Shown: positions 39,120 through 51,352 of the stretch, one piece after another | Numbering within the stretch: the stretch's first letter is position 1 | Layout: each line of letters starts with the position of its first letter | Source: Eledone cirrhosa | Taxonomy: Eukaryota | Reading direction: 5' to 3' | Assembly: GCA_964016885.1 (NCBI GenBank) | Contig: OZ024744.1 | Coordinates: 111,724,001 to 111,788,000, forward strand | Length of the DNA: 64,000 nt | Program-made: the position numbers and the translations under genes | The notes under the pieces: model-generated | What the model was told of the DNA's origin: nothing | Seen by the model: the letters and a program-made list of their open reading frames with translations, nothing else | The model's database searches: none

Positions 39120-41418
39120 TTCCCACCCATCGGCCCCACCACCACCACATTCGGTATACATGCCTGACACTGTATGCTAACCACTCCCTCATGAATATAG
39201 CATAGAACAGAAAAGGGGCGGACGAAGACTCCATAAGCCGTAGTCTAGGTAACCCGTCTAGGAAAGCTACCACTCCAAATAAATTGGTGCAGGGTAGAGA
39301 AGCCCCTTAAGTCCAGTATGACAACCTCTCTAGTGCTGGTGGCACAAATAAAGGCACCCAGTCCATGCTGTAAAGTGGTGCTGGTGTTAGGAAGGGTATC
39401 CAACCAAAAATTATGAGTACAGCAACAAATATGTATCGCAATAACTGCGTAAACAGCAATAACACTAACCATGTTAGGGCTGCGCACGGTAGTGGGGTGG
39501 CTGGTGCGGCCATGTGTGAGAACCCCCCGACCGTCATCAAGCACAAAAATATGAAGACATCAAATCTCAGAGTTGCCACACTTAATGTTGGCACTCTAAC
39601 AGGTAGATCTGGTGAAATAGCGGAGATGCTGGAGAGAAGGCATGTGGATGTGTGCTGCGTGCAAGAGGTGAGATGGAGAGGTGCCTCTGCAAGATTAATC
39701 GCAGGCAAACATCTTAGTTATAAGCTTTTCTGGGTAGGTAAGGATGATGGGTTAGGTGGGGTAGGCATTTTACTGGCTGAGAGATGGATCAATAAGACAA
39801 TAGAGGTAGTTAGAGTTAGTGATAGAATAATTAAGCTTAGATTAGTTGTAGGCAAGAGACTACTGATAATCATCTCTGCCTATGCTCCCCAGGCAGGCCT
39901 AGGCAAAGAAGAGAAAGACTGCTTTTACGAGCAACTTTTACAAACAGCCACAATGACAGAGAACAAAGACCTAATTATACTAGTAGGTGACTTCAATGGT
40001 ATGTTGGACAGCTCCAGGATGGATACACTGGGGTACATGATAGACATGGTTATGGCTCAAGAAATGAAGGAGTGAGGCTTCTTGAATTTTGTGATGCAAG
40101 TGCACTGACTGTTTGCAACACTAACTTCCAGAAACCTACCAACCACCTAATAACCTACAAATCAGGCAAACACATAAACCAGATTGACTTCTTGTTAGTT
40201 AGACAGCGAGACAGACAGAGGGTGTCAAATACTAAGGCTTACTCCGGGGAAGAATGTACCCCACAGAATAGGTTAGTCGTTAGTGACATCTCAATAAGCA
40301 AGTGACAAAATGAGACATAAAGGAAGGTGTGGAAAAGGAAGGTCTGGAAACTAAAAGAGCTTTCACTAAAATACAAATTTAGGAAAGCCCTTCAAGATGT
40401 GTATGACGAAAAAGAAGACGATTTAGAGTTGTATGACATAGATGATAACTGGAATTTGGATACGGCCATTAGAGACAAAATACTAACATGGGAGGCTGCG
40501 AATATGGTGGGAGTAGAGACCAATACTCAGCCGCTAATAGAGAGGTTAGATGTGAGGTTACTTAGCACGCACGGAGGCTGAGAGTAGAAGGTTTGCCAAT
40601 GTTCTGCAACGGGAAGGTCAGAGACGTGCGGTGTTCCGCATTGCAAGGCAGTGTGTCAGTGTAAATCAGGATGTTGTTGGAGATAAGTGTGTCTGGAATG
40701 ATGCCGGTGTACTTAGTGTCACTGATGATTAGAAAAAGGAGGCCTGGAAATGTCATTATGAGAGACTGATGAATGTGGAGAACAAATGGGAGAGAGAGAA
40801 ACTACCCAAGTAGTTCTGTCAGAGGGACCAGCTATTGAGATTGACAAATATAGGGTACAAGAGGCAATTAAGGAAATGAAAAATGGTAAGGCCACTGGAC
40901 CGTCAGGGATAGTTGCTGAGATGCTGAAGGCCTCAGGAGAAGTAGGAACTAAACTGGTTGCACACATTGTCAATCAAGCCCAAAGACTGGTACAGCAGTA
41001 TTCTCATAAATTGCTACAAAGGTAAAGGGGATGCTCTGGAGAGGAGTAATTATAGGGACATAAAACTGATGGATCAGGTTATGAAAGTGGCAGAAAGATA
41101 TTAGCGCAAAGATATTAGCAGAAAGATATTAGTGCAAAGATATTAGCAGAAAGATATTAGCGCAACTAATTAGAGAAAGGGTCAAATTAGATGAGATACA
41201 GTTTGGTTTTGTGCCTGGGAAAAGTACAACATATGCCCTCTTCTTAGTGAGACAACTACAAGAGGGGTTCTTAGAGAAGAATAAGCCACTATATTTAGCT
41301 TTTGTTGACCTAGAGAAGGCCTTTAATAGAGCACCCCAATCTGTCATCTGGTGGTCCCTAAGGAAACTAGGTGTTGAGGAATGGCTTGTGAGGACAGTGC
41401 AAGCTATGTACAGAGGTG
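39120..41418 (+). mobile_element. RTE LINE 5' part: UTR, AP endonuclease, partial RT; decayed
   Basis: TLNVGTL, CVQEVRWRG, GGVGI, AYAPQ, GDFNG, QIDF, SD; KATGPSG; QFGF..DLEKAF. Confidence 0.93.
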
Positions 41419-41645
41419 ATGTTATGTGTTTATATAAAAGGATCTAGGCAGTGCTCCAGCATGGACAAATACTTAACTATTTTTTTTTAAAATTAAAATA
41501 AAAAAGAAGAAAGAAAGAAAAAGATGAGTTAGAGACTATAATAAAATCTAGGTTCTGTTATGTCTCCCAATATATTGCAGGTGAAGCACACCCCTCCTCA
41601 TCCCCGAAAGAGGGCTTCACTTGTGTTAGTTTTGACCTTGCTTAA

Positions 41646-42063
41646 CCCTTATGATACAAAACTGTTAGTCTCAAAGTTGTTCATATTTATCTAAATATCA
41701 TCCACATTAATTTTATGTAAGAATCATTGTTAAGTTATGCTTCATACATAAGTTATGTTAAAAAAAACACTAACTTAATAGTGAGAAAGTTAATTATACT
41801 ACGAAATCCCTCCAAATTTTTAATTATTTTCAAAATTTGTAACACATAGGCAGTGTCTTTCATTAGAAATATGGTAATGAAAGAGTTGAAGTGTTTATAT
41901 TTATCTAAAAAGATGGCACCATAATTTTCTGTAAGAACCTTTGTTATGTTATGTTCCAAATACCAGCAAGAAAGTTAGTCGCTTTACTAAATTGTTAATT
42001 ATTTTCAAAATTAATTGAAAGCCATAGACAATGTCTTTCATAAGAAATATGGTAAAAAAAGGG
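41646..42063. mobile_element. piggyBac-like MITE
   Basis: TTAA|CCCTT ... AAGGG|TTAA. Confidence 0.55.
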
Positions 42064-42319
42064 TTAATTAAAGAAAAGCTTTCTTGACAAACATGAAATC
42101 TTGTGAAGGATAAAAGACAGCATGTTTAAAATGTTGGCTGCTATAAGGGAATGTAGAAACGAGTGCGGTCATAAAATAGCACAATACTTGAAAGAGGACT
42201 TAAGTAACATTGTTGTTGTTGTTGTTCACGACAATGATTTACTTATTTTCATTGAAAACAGAAAGGCAACTTGCTACGCATATACATTTATAAATGTAGT
42301 TGTGTGTGTGCCTACATTA

Positions 42320-42613
42320 CGTTGAGAAAGAAACTGGGTATAAGAGGGATAAGTTGTGGTATGCAGTAGAGAAGACTGAGATGGTATGGACATGTGATGC
42401 GCAAGGAGGATGACCGCTGGGTAAAGAAGTGCCAAGAAATGCCAGTAGAGGTAGATCACGAAAAACATGGGCGGAGGTGGTGGGAGCAGACCTCAGATCG
42501 CTGAAGCTCACAGAGGAGATGATGAAGGACCGTGACAAGCTGAGAGATGCTGTGCTGAATAGGACCCATCCCACTCTTGCAAGCAAGGAAAAGCGGACGT
42601 AAAATGATGATGA

Positions 42614-42620
<7 letters not shown>
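42320..42620 (+). mobile_element. RTE 3' end with (GAT)n tail
   Basis: LRKKLGIRGISC..RLRWYGHV; matches 50335-50645. Confidence 0.85.
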
Positions 42621-42649
<29 letters not shown>

Positions 42650-43257
42650 ATATATATATATATTCACACTCAAACATATACATACCATCATTTTACGTCT
42701 GCTTTTCCATGATTACACAGGTTATATATATATATGAAGAAATCATCTCTTGACCTTTTTCTCATACCATGGGTGGCACAAACATGGCGTTTTAGCCCTG
42801 CCACAGACATAGATTCCTTTCTGCATATGTTGCATTGAAAGAAAAGGCCATGCTCACACAACACAGGTAACAGTCGTTTAGATCAAGTGATGTCTGTGCT
42901 TGAATCTTTTTAAAATGAAGAAAGGCCTTGCACTGGACCAATCCTACTCTCTGAACCATGGTGACAGGTATTCACAAAGAAGAACAGGTCAACATCATTG
43001 GCTGCCATCAAGTAGCAGGTTTTACATCAGGGTTTTCCTTCGCCTAGGACATCCTAACAAGAACAAGGGGTCTCTCACTCCTGGTGGGCTAATTGTATGC
43101 TTGGGCACTAAACTGAGTATTTCCATGTCCCAATGCATACAAAGGGCTGGCTTTAGATATCAGGGGACCCAGTGCATTTCAGATTTGGCCACCCCAATCC
43201 TCATACACAAAAAATTACAATATACACCAAACCCCTAATTTTTTTTTTTTTTGTGTG

Positions 43258-43540
43258 GGAACCATAGAAATAATTGGGCTGGACACCCGATCGCGCAATT
43301 AAACCACTGGGAGTGAAGAACCCCTAGCCCTTGTCAGGGCATTCTTCTAGGAGAAGGCAACTCCTCAGGAAACTGGGTTAACTCCGACATAAAATCTGCG
43401 GCTCAGTAGTTATCGATGATGTTGATCTTTTCTTCTTTTCGGGTTATAGTTACTCTCGCTCAGAGAGTGGGATTGGCTCAGTGCACAGTCTTTCCTCACT
43501 TTAAAAATATTCTTCACGCACAGGCATTGCACGATAGAAT
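43258..43540 (+). mobile_element. Non-autonomous RTE-derived element
   Basis: Reverse complement of 10790-11080. Confidence 0.65.
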
Positions 43541-43594
43541 TAATTAATAATTATTGATAGTGTTATTATTATTGTTGTTGCTTTTATGACCATG

Positions 43595-46147
43595 CTGTAA
43601 AATGGAGGGATAGAGAGGGCCCATGAGTCTAGTAAGACATCCTCTCTAGTGCTGGTGGCACAAATAAAAGCACCCAGTCCATGCTGTAAAGTGGCACTGG
43701 TGTTAGGAAGGGCATCCAACCAGTGTATTAATACCAAAACAATTATGAGTACAGCAACAAATATGTATCGCAATAACTGCGTAAACAGCAATAACACTAA
43801 CCATGTTAGGGCTGTGCACGGTAGTGGGGTGGCTGGTGCAGCCATGTGCGGGAACGCCCCGACCGTCATCAAGCAATCGCACTACAACAAGAACAATAAT
43901 ATGAAGACGTCGCATCTCAGAGTTGCCACACTTAATGTTGGCACTCTCACAGGTAGATCTGGTGAGATAGTGGAGATGCTGGAGAGAAGGCATGTGGATG
44001 TGTGCTGTGTGCAAGAGGTGAGGTGGAGAGGTGCCTCTGCAAGACTAATCACAGGCAAACATCTTAGTTATAAGCTTTTCTGGGTGGGTAATGATGATGG
44101 GTTAGGGGGAGTAGGCATTTTCCCGGCAGAGAGATGGATCAATAAAGCAATAGAGGTAGTTAGTGTTAGTAATAGAATAATTAAGCTCAGATTAGTTGTA
44201 GGCAGGAGACTACTGACAATCATCTCTGCCTATGCTCTCCAGGCAGGCCTAGGTAAAGAAGAGAAAGACTGCTTTTACGAGCAACTTTTACAAACAGCCG
44301 CAAAGACAGAGGACGGAGACATCGTTATGCTAGCAGGGGACTTCAATGGTCATGTTGGACAGCTCCAGGATGGATACACTCGGGTACATGGTGGGCATGG
44401 TTACAGCTCAAGAAAAGAAGGAGTGAGACTTCTTGAATTTTGTGATGCAAGTACACTGACCATTTGCAACACTAACTTCAGGAAACCTGCCAACCACCTA
44501 ATAACCTACAAATCAGGCGAGCACATAAGCTAGATTGACTTCTTAGTAATTAGGCAGCGGGACAGGCAAATGGTGTCAAATACCAAGGCATACCCTGGGG
44601 AAGAATGTACCCCACAGCATAGGTTAGTCGTTAGTGATATCTCAGTAAGCAAGAGACGAATAAGACATACAGGAAGGTGTGGAGAAGAAAAGTCTGGAAG
44701 CTAAAAGACCTTTCACTAAAATACAAATTTAGGAAAGCCCTTCAAGATGTGTATGACAAAAAAGAAGACGATTTAGAGTCGTATGACATAGATGATAACT
44801 GGAATTTGTTACGTGACAACTTACAGCAGGGTACTGATGAAACTTGTGGCTGGAGCAGAGCTCCAACCAGACAGAGAGTGACCTGGTCAAGGAACAGCAC
44901 AGTAGATAGGACCATTAGAGACAAAGGACTAGCATGGAAGGCTTGGAAAAAGGGTGGGAGTAGGGAAGAATATACAGCCGCTAAGAGAGAAGCTAGATGT
45001 CAGGTGTACTTAGCACGCAGGGAGGCTGAAAGTAGGGGGTTTGCTAATGTTCTGTGACGGGAAGATCAGAGGTGTGCGGTGTTCCACATTGCAAGGCAGT
45101 GTGTCAATGCAAGTCAGGATGTTGTTGGAGATAAATGTGTCCGGGATGATGCCGGTGTACTTAGTGTCACGAATGACCAGAAAAAGGGGGCTTGGAAATG
45201 TCATTATGAGAGACTGATGAATGTGGAGAACGAATGGGAGAGAGAGAAATTACCCTCAGTAGATCCAACAGAGGGACCAGCTATTGAGATTGACGAATAT
45301 AGGATCCAAGAGGCAATTAAGGAAATGAAAAATGGTAAGGCCGCTGGACCGTCAGGGATAGTTGCCGAGATGCTGAAGGCATCAGAAGTAGGAACTAAAC
45401 TGGTTGCACGCATCATCAATCAAGCCCAAAGATTGGTGCAGCAGTATTCTCATAAATTGCTACAAAGGTAAAGGGGATGCTCTGGAGAGGAGCAATTATA
45501 GGTACATAAAACTGATGGATCAGGTTATGAAAGTGGCAGAAAGGATATTAGTACAATTAATTAGAGAAAGGGTCAAACTAGATGAGATGCAGTTTGGTTT
45601 TGTGCTGTGGAAAAGTATAACAGATGCCCTCTTCTTAGTGAGACAACTACAAGAGAGGTTCTTAGAGAAGAATAAGTCACTATACTTAGCTTTTGTTGAC
45701 CTAGAGAAGGCCTTTGATAGGGTACCCCGATCTGTCATCTGGAAACAGCAGTTGGAATTAAGAGGACTGAGAATGAACACAGCTAAGACAAAAGTGTTGC
45801 TGAGTAGAAAAGAGGACAAAACTCTGATTCTGTCAGGGAAATGCCCATGTTCAATATGTAGAAAAGAAGTTGGCATAAATTCTATAAAATGCACACAATG
45901 CAGATCTTGGGTACACAAGAGATGTAGTGGGAAAGCAGGCAAACTAACAGGTAGGGAAAAATACGTATACAGTAGATGTGCAGGGAAATTTGACAGTAGA
46001 AGTCGCATTGATAGACACATTTTTCAAATGCAGGTAGGTTCTATAGAAGTAGTTGATAGTTTCCGGTACCTAGGAGATCAGATTAGCATGGGTGGGGGTG
46101 TTCCAAGGCCATAGTATCTAGAAAAAGGGCGGGTTGGAAGAAGTTTA
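43595..46147 (+). mobile_element. RTE LINE, EN plus RT, internally deleted and decayed
   Basis: ORFs 43649-44533, 44677-45057, 45079-45471, 45404-46114; paralog of 39120-41418; the YADD region is deleted. Confidence 0.93.
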
Positions 46148-46456
46148 TGGTGTGTACATAAGGTTTGGTTTATGAACGTTTGGTGAACATGTGTTTTACT
46201 TATAGGTATGTGTGCGTGTGTGCGTTATATATGCATTTATGTATGTATATTTATATATGTATATATAATTATATGTATACACACACACATATATATTTAT
46301 ATGTGTATTTGGTGTATACATTCATATGTGTGCGCGTACATGTGTCACACCAGTTTACGTACGTGCGCGCGTGTTCATGTGTACGTGCATGTGTACGCAT
46401 GCATGGCGTGTGTTGTCGTGTATGGACGTGTATAGATGTGTGTATGTATATATTTT

Positions 46457-46913
46457 AATTATTATTACTTTTATTATGTCAATAACTTCTGTCATTTTCA
46501 TTCAACTAATTTATTTGCATTATTCTTAACTCCAAAGGTGAGAATCGACTCCATTTATAGGGACATAAAACATGGTTCTGTCTTTGCGTGTAATTGTTTT
46601 CATCGCTCCACATAACGATGTATTATGTTCGTATTTTCCGTTCATTGCCAGGGAACATCTTCACGAACCAAAGTATCGTCTTCCTGTTTTTCTTCGGTTG
46701 CAACGTTTTTCGAAATATTTACTTCTGTGTTCATAGATTGATTTTTTTTTTTTAGTTTCAGAAGATCCCGTTAAGGGTGAAAGCAGCGATTCTTTGCTTA
46801 AACTTTAATCTATTATTTTAATAAATATCTGCTCTAGCTTTCTTTTATATTTGATATATATTTATCCTTATAGAGCCCTCTTTCGATTTTAGCCTTCATA
46901 TTTATTATTATTA
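46457..46913 (+). mobile_element. Family A non-coding element with the best hammerhead-like fold (46733-46813)
   Basis: AUAGAUUGA/UUAAUCUAU and AGUUU/AAACU stem I, CAGAAGA, U-CCC guuaa GGG-U, GAA, AGCAG/UUGCU, U17. Confidence 0.7.
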
Positions 46914-46932
46914 CTATATACATACATATCAT

Positions 46933-47276
46933 GGAGGCACATGGCTTAGTGGTTAGAGCATTGGCCTTGCAATCAAAAGGTTGTGAGTTCAATTCTCAGA
47001 CCGGGTGATGTGTTGTTTCCTTGAGCAAGGCACTTTATTTCACATTGCTCCAGTTTACTCAGCTGTAGAAATGAGATGATAGGGATTGGGGTCCCTATCA
47101 TTCCACTGCAAAGTGGTCGTGGAGGTGCCACGGCAAAAAAGCACCCAGCACTCACTGTAAATGAGGTTGGTGTTAGGAAGGGCATCCAGCTGTAGAAATC
47201 AAGCCAGAATCAGTTCCCGTCCCACCCTTGCAAGCAGGGAAAAGTGGACGTAAAATGAGATGATGATGATGATGAT
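46933..47276 (+). mobile_element. CORE-type SINE
   Basis: Near-identical to 13401-13745. Confidence 0.88.
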
Positions 47277-47404
47277 CATCATCATCATCATTTTACGTCC
47301 GCTTTTCCTTGCTTGCAAGGGTGGGACGGGAACATATATATATATATAATAATAATAAAATGTGGAGAGGAAGCACACGAGTTAGGATATATATATATAT
47401 ATAT

Positions 47405-47596
47405 GTGTAGGTAACACGGTAAAAACCTCCCAGTCCACACTGTAAACGTGGTTGGTGTTAGGAAGGGCATCCAGCCGTAGAAAACCCGCCAGACAGTCCT
47501 ATGCGAGCAAGACAACCACTCTTGCCTCAAGTGGGAAAACTCCCATCCAAACCCATGCAAACGTGGAAGATGGGCGTTAAACGATGATGATGATGA

Positions 47597-47600
<4 letters not shown>
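47405..47600 (+). mobile_element. RTE 3'UTR fragment
   Basis: Matches 6675-6870. Confidence 0.85.
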
Positions 47601-47629
<29 letters not shown>

Positions 47630-47632
<3 letters not shown>

Positions 47633-49242
47633 ACAGGGAGAAAAAGACGATTATTAGGAAGAAAAACATTTTTTTTTCCCTTTTTATTTATTTCTCTTTT
47701 TTCTGGGTTAGAAAATGATTAAAACGAAATATTTTACTTTGTTTATTAATTAACAATGGCATTTATTTATTTATTTAATAATTGTCTATTACCGGTTTCA
47801 GCATTTTTATGCATTATCAAATGATAATAATATGTATTGGTGTAGAATAGTGGTGTTAGTGGTGTTGGACATGTTAGTGGTGTTGGACATGTTAAAGAAA
47901 TGGTGCAGAAAGAATAATGTTATTTACAATCAAGGTTTATGAAGTGAAAAGAAAAAAGAAAAAACGGGGCGTAATGTGGAGCATAATAAGTCAATGTGAA
48001 AGAAAAAATGTTATTTATAGGCATAATTCTTGAAGATAAGCAGATCAAAATGTGTTAATATAGCAAGAGTGCTTAGTTGATCTATGATGGATGCAAATGG
48101 TGGACTGGGGTTTGATATGATTTCCCTTTTTAGAGAGTTAATATGCAGGGGGAGGTAATTCGTGCTGGATATTTAATTATTTAAGAAAAAGGATTAGGTA
48201 GGGTGTAAGGGAGGTGACTCTTTAGAGCATTGGTTCCCATAGCAAGTTATTGGGGGAGCCACGGGAATTAACTAAAAATCACAAAATTTCATACATAAAA
48301 AAGAAGAGTAGTTTCCTAACATAATTTTTTCTTTTTCTTGCTTCAAATTTTAATATTCAACTTTTTATCAACTCTCTACCTTTGCTAATTATGATTTTAC
48401 TTCACTTGATAATTATTTAAATCTGAATATAACAATTTATGTTTTAGTAAATAAACTTAGTAAAGAAACTTATTTTTATAACAGGATATATATTATTTAT
48501 TTTAGTAAATTTCTCATTGACAAAATTACTTTGACTATTTTGAAGTACTTTTCATTATTTATTTTAGTAAATTTCTCATTTAAAACTGCATATTGAAACT
48601 TTTTTTTATTTATTTTAGTGAATTTCTCAATGTCAGAAAAACAGAAAAAAAGAAAGTATGATGATACATATCTTCAAATGGGATTTGTTTGCATGCAAAA
48701 GAACAATATTGATTTGCCTCAATGTGTAACTTGTTTCAAGGTACTGGGAAATGACTCTATGAGGCCTTCTAAGCTCAAATTACATATTTCAAAATGTCAC
48801 CCTGAACTACTTGGAAAAGATGAATCTTTTTTTAAAAGGAAATCAGAAAACTCATTAATTTGTATTTTGAAATTAAATAATATGTTCTTATTTTAATGTT
48901 TTTTGTCGAAAAAGGGTTTATAATAAATTTTAAATGATTTGATTGAAATAAAAAGACATGCCGAAATTATTTCTACATAAAAAAATTATATCAAAAATTT
49001 TTTTTGGGGGGGCCATACTGTTTTGCTATATCATTAAGGTGGAATTTATTATAAAAGGTTGGGAACCGCTGCTTTAGAGAGACATAGGTATTTGTAAATG
49101 TTCACACAAATTTGTAAAACACTTCACACAAAATAAAATATTTCGTTTTAATCATTTTCTAACCCAGAAAAAAGAGGGAAAGAAATAAAAAGACAAAAAA
49201 AAAAATGTTTCTTCCTAATAATCGTCCTTTTCTCCCTGTTTT
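47630..49242 (-). mobile_element. PLE-like remnant (family C) with inverted ends and hammerhead at 47781-47828; hosts a hAT insertion
   Basis: About 107-bp inverted repeat 47630-47736/49135-49242 flanked by (TA)n; UUGAUAA-U-GCAU aaaa AUGC-U-GAA-ACCGGU-A. Confidence 0.7.
48228..49071 (+). mobile_element. hAT Buster/Charlie element, internally deleted
   Basis: TIRs CATTGGTTCCCA/TGGGAACCGCTG; 8-bp TSD CTTTAGAG; transposase N-terminus KRKYDDTYLQMGF..PQCVTC..L.NDSMRPSKLKLH...H. Confidence 0.93.
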
Positions 49243-49277
49243 TATATATATATACACACACATACATATATATTCAT

Positions 49278-49830
49278 ACTCGTTATTGAGTATGGCCATT
49301 GCATGATAATAATAATAAATTAATTCTATCGTGCAATGCCTGTGTGTGAAGATATTTTTTAAAGTGAGGAAAGACTGTGCACTGAGCCAATCCCACTCTC
49401 TGAGCGAGAGTAACTATAACCAGAAAAGAAGAAAAGATCAACATCATCTGTAACTACTGAGCCTCAGGTTTTATATCGGAGTTATCCCAGTTTCCTGAGT
49501 TGCCTTCTCCTAGAAGAATGCCCTGACAAAGGCTAGGAGTCCTTCACGCACAGTGGTTTAGCCGCGCGATCAGGTGTCCAGCCTGACTATTTCTATGTCC
49601 CCACGCATATACATACATATGTACATGTATATATACATATTTACACACTTTTGGATGGCCGTTGACTCTTATGAGTCCTTCCGCCCTTTGTCAGGTTTTG
49701 TTTTTTGTCCTGCTGGGTGTCCAAAATCACCCTCCTCACCCAAGTAAACTTGGTGGGGTTGCCGGTTTAGTCGCCGACAACCCTACCATGCAACAGGTTG
49801 TACTGGGTTACATGTTACCAGTGACCCGAC
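49278..49830 (-). mobile_element. Second copy of the RTE-derived composite module at 10731-11360
   Basis: Same two parts and the same linker ATGTACATGT..ATATTTACACACTTTTGG. Confidence 0.75.
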
Positions 49831-49868
49831 ATACACATATACATACATAGATACATATATATACATAT

Positions 49869-49952
49869 ATAGGAACAAGTAAGACCCCGACGGCTGAGCT
49901 CAAGCCGTTTCGACGGCTTGAGCTCAGCCGTCGGGGTCTTACTTGTTCCTAT
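49869..49952. repeat. Perfect 40-bp inverted repeat with TTCG loop
   Basis: Arms 49869-49908 and 49913-49952 are exact reverse complements. Confidence 0.97.
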
Positions 49953-50171
49953 TACCCACTCTACTACCCTAAGTATTGAGTACTTTGGTGCGTTATGGTC
50001 CACCTGGTTCCTTACCACATTTCCTTCGTTATACATATATATATATATACATACACACATATATACATACATACATCCACACACATATATACACATATTC
50101 ATACATACATACATACACATACATACACACACACATATACATACATACACATATATATATATGTGTGTGTA

Positions 50172-50855
50172 CGAAAGGTCGGTTATATGATGCCTGTGTG
50201 AGGAGCGCGATGCTGCATGGTAGTGAGACATGGGCAGCAACTGCAGAGGATATGCAACGTCTGAAGAGAAATGAGGCAAGAATGCTCCGTTGGATGTGCA
50301 AAGTCAATGTGCATGAACGACCAAGCATGGACGAGTTGAGAAAGAAACTGGGTATAAGAGGGATAAGTTGTGGTGTGCAGGAGAGAAGGCTGAGATGGTA
50401 TGGACATGTGGTGCACATGGAGGATGACCGCTGGGTGAAAAAGTGCCAAGAAATACCAGTGGCGGAAGACGTAGTGGAGCAAGACCACATGGGTGGAGGT
50501 GGTGAGAGCAGACCTCAGATCACTGAAACTCACGGAGGAGATGACGAAGGACCGTGACAAGTGGAGAGATGCTGTGTTGACTAGGACCCGTCCCGCCCTT
50601 GCAAGCAGGGGAAAGCAGACGTATGATGATGATGATGATGATGATGATATATACATATATATATCATAATCATCATCATTTTACGTCCGCTTTTCCCTGC
50701 TTGCAAGGGTGGGACGGGAACTGATTCTGGCTTGATTTCTACAGCTGGATGCCCTTCCTAACACCAACCTCATTTACAGTGAGTGCTGGGTGCTTTTTTT
50801 TCCATGGCACCTACACGGCCACTTTACAGTGTGGGCTGGGTGCTTTTTTGTCGTG
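50172..50855. mobile_element. RTE 3' end (+, to about 50647) followed by an inverted SINE tail (-)
   Basis: KGRLYDACVRSAMLHGSETW..RLRWYGHV; (GAT)n facing (ATC)n. Confidence 0.85.
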
Positions 50856-51162
50856 AAAATCAAAATACATAAATACAAAGGTGTCTATGGATGGAGTGAA
50901 AAATCTTTAAGAATATATATTGATTATTAGTTGTTATATATACAAGTTATATAACCATAGTAATGGCTTTGTGGTTACAGTATTTCATTTTGGCTCATGC
51001 GGTTATCAGTTTTCTGGACAAACTACAATGTTGGCTTCTTCAGCAAGACTATGGGTTGTAACTGTAATTTAAAAGGATCAGTCATGTCACACTGCCTCAG
51101 GCTGAATCTCCCTGGCAATTAAGATTAAGAGTATCTGTGGAATACTCAGCCACTTACATTAT

Positions 51163-51352
51163 AATTGTTTCTACTTTAGGCACAAGGCCAGCAATTACCC
51201 AGTGCATTACTGGTACTTTATTTTATCGACCCCGGAAGGATGAAAGGAAAAGTTAACCTCGGTGGGATTTGAACTCAGAATGGAAAGGGCCGTAACTCTA
51301 TCCTGCAAAGCATGGCGTCAGACCCTCTACCGATACTGCCAATTCACCGCCC
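51163..51352 (-). mobile_element. Nin/Deu SINE
   Basis: Full-length similarity to 24863-25047. Confidence 0.88.
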
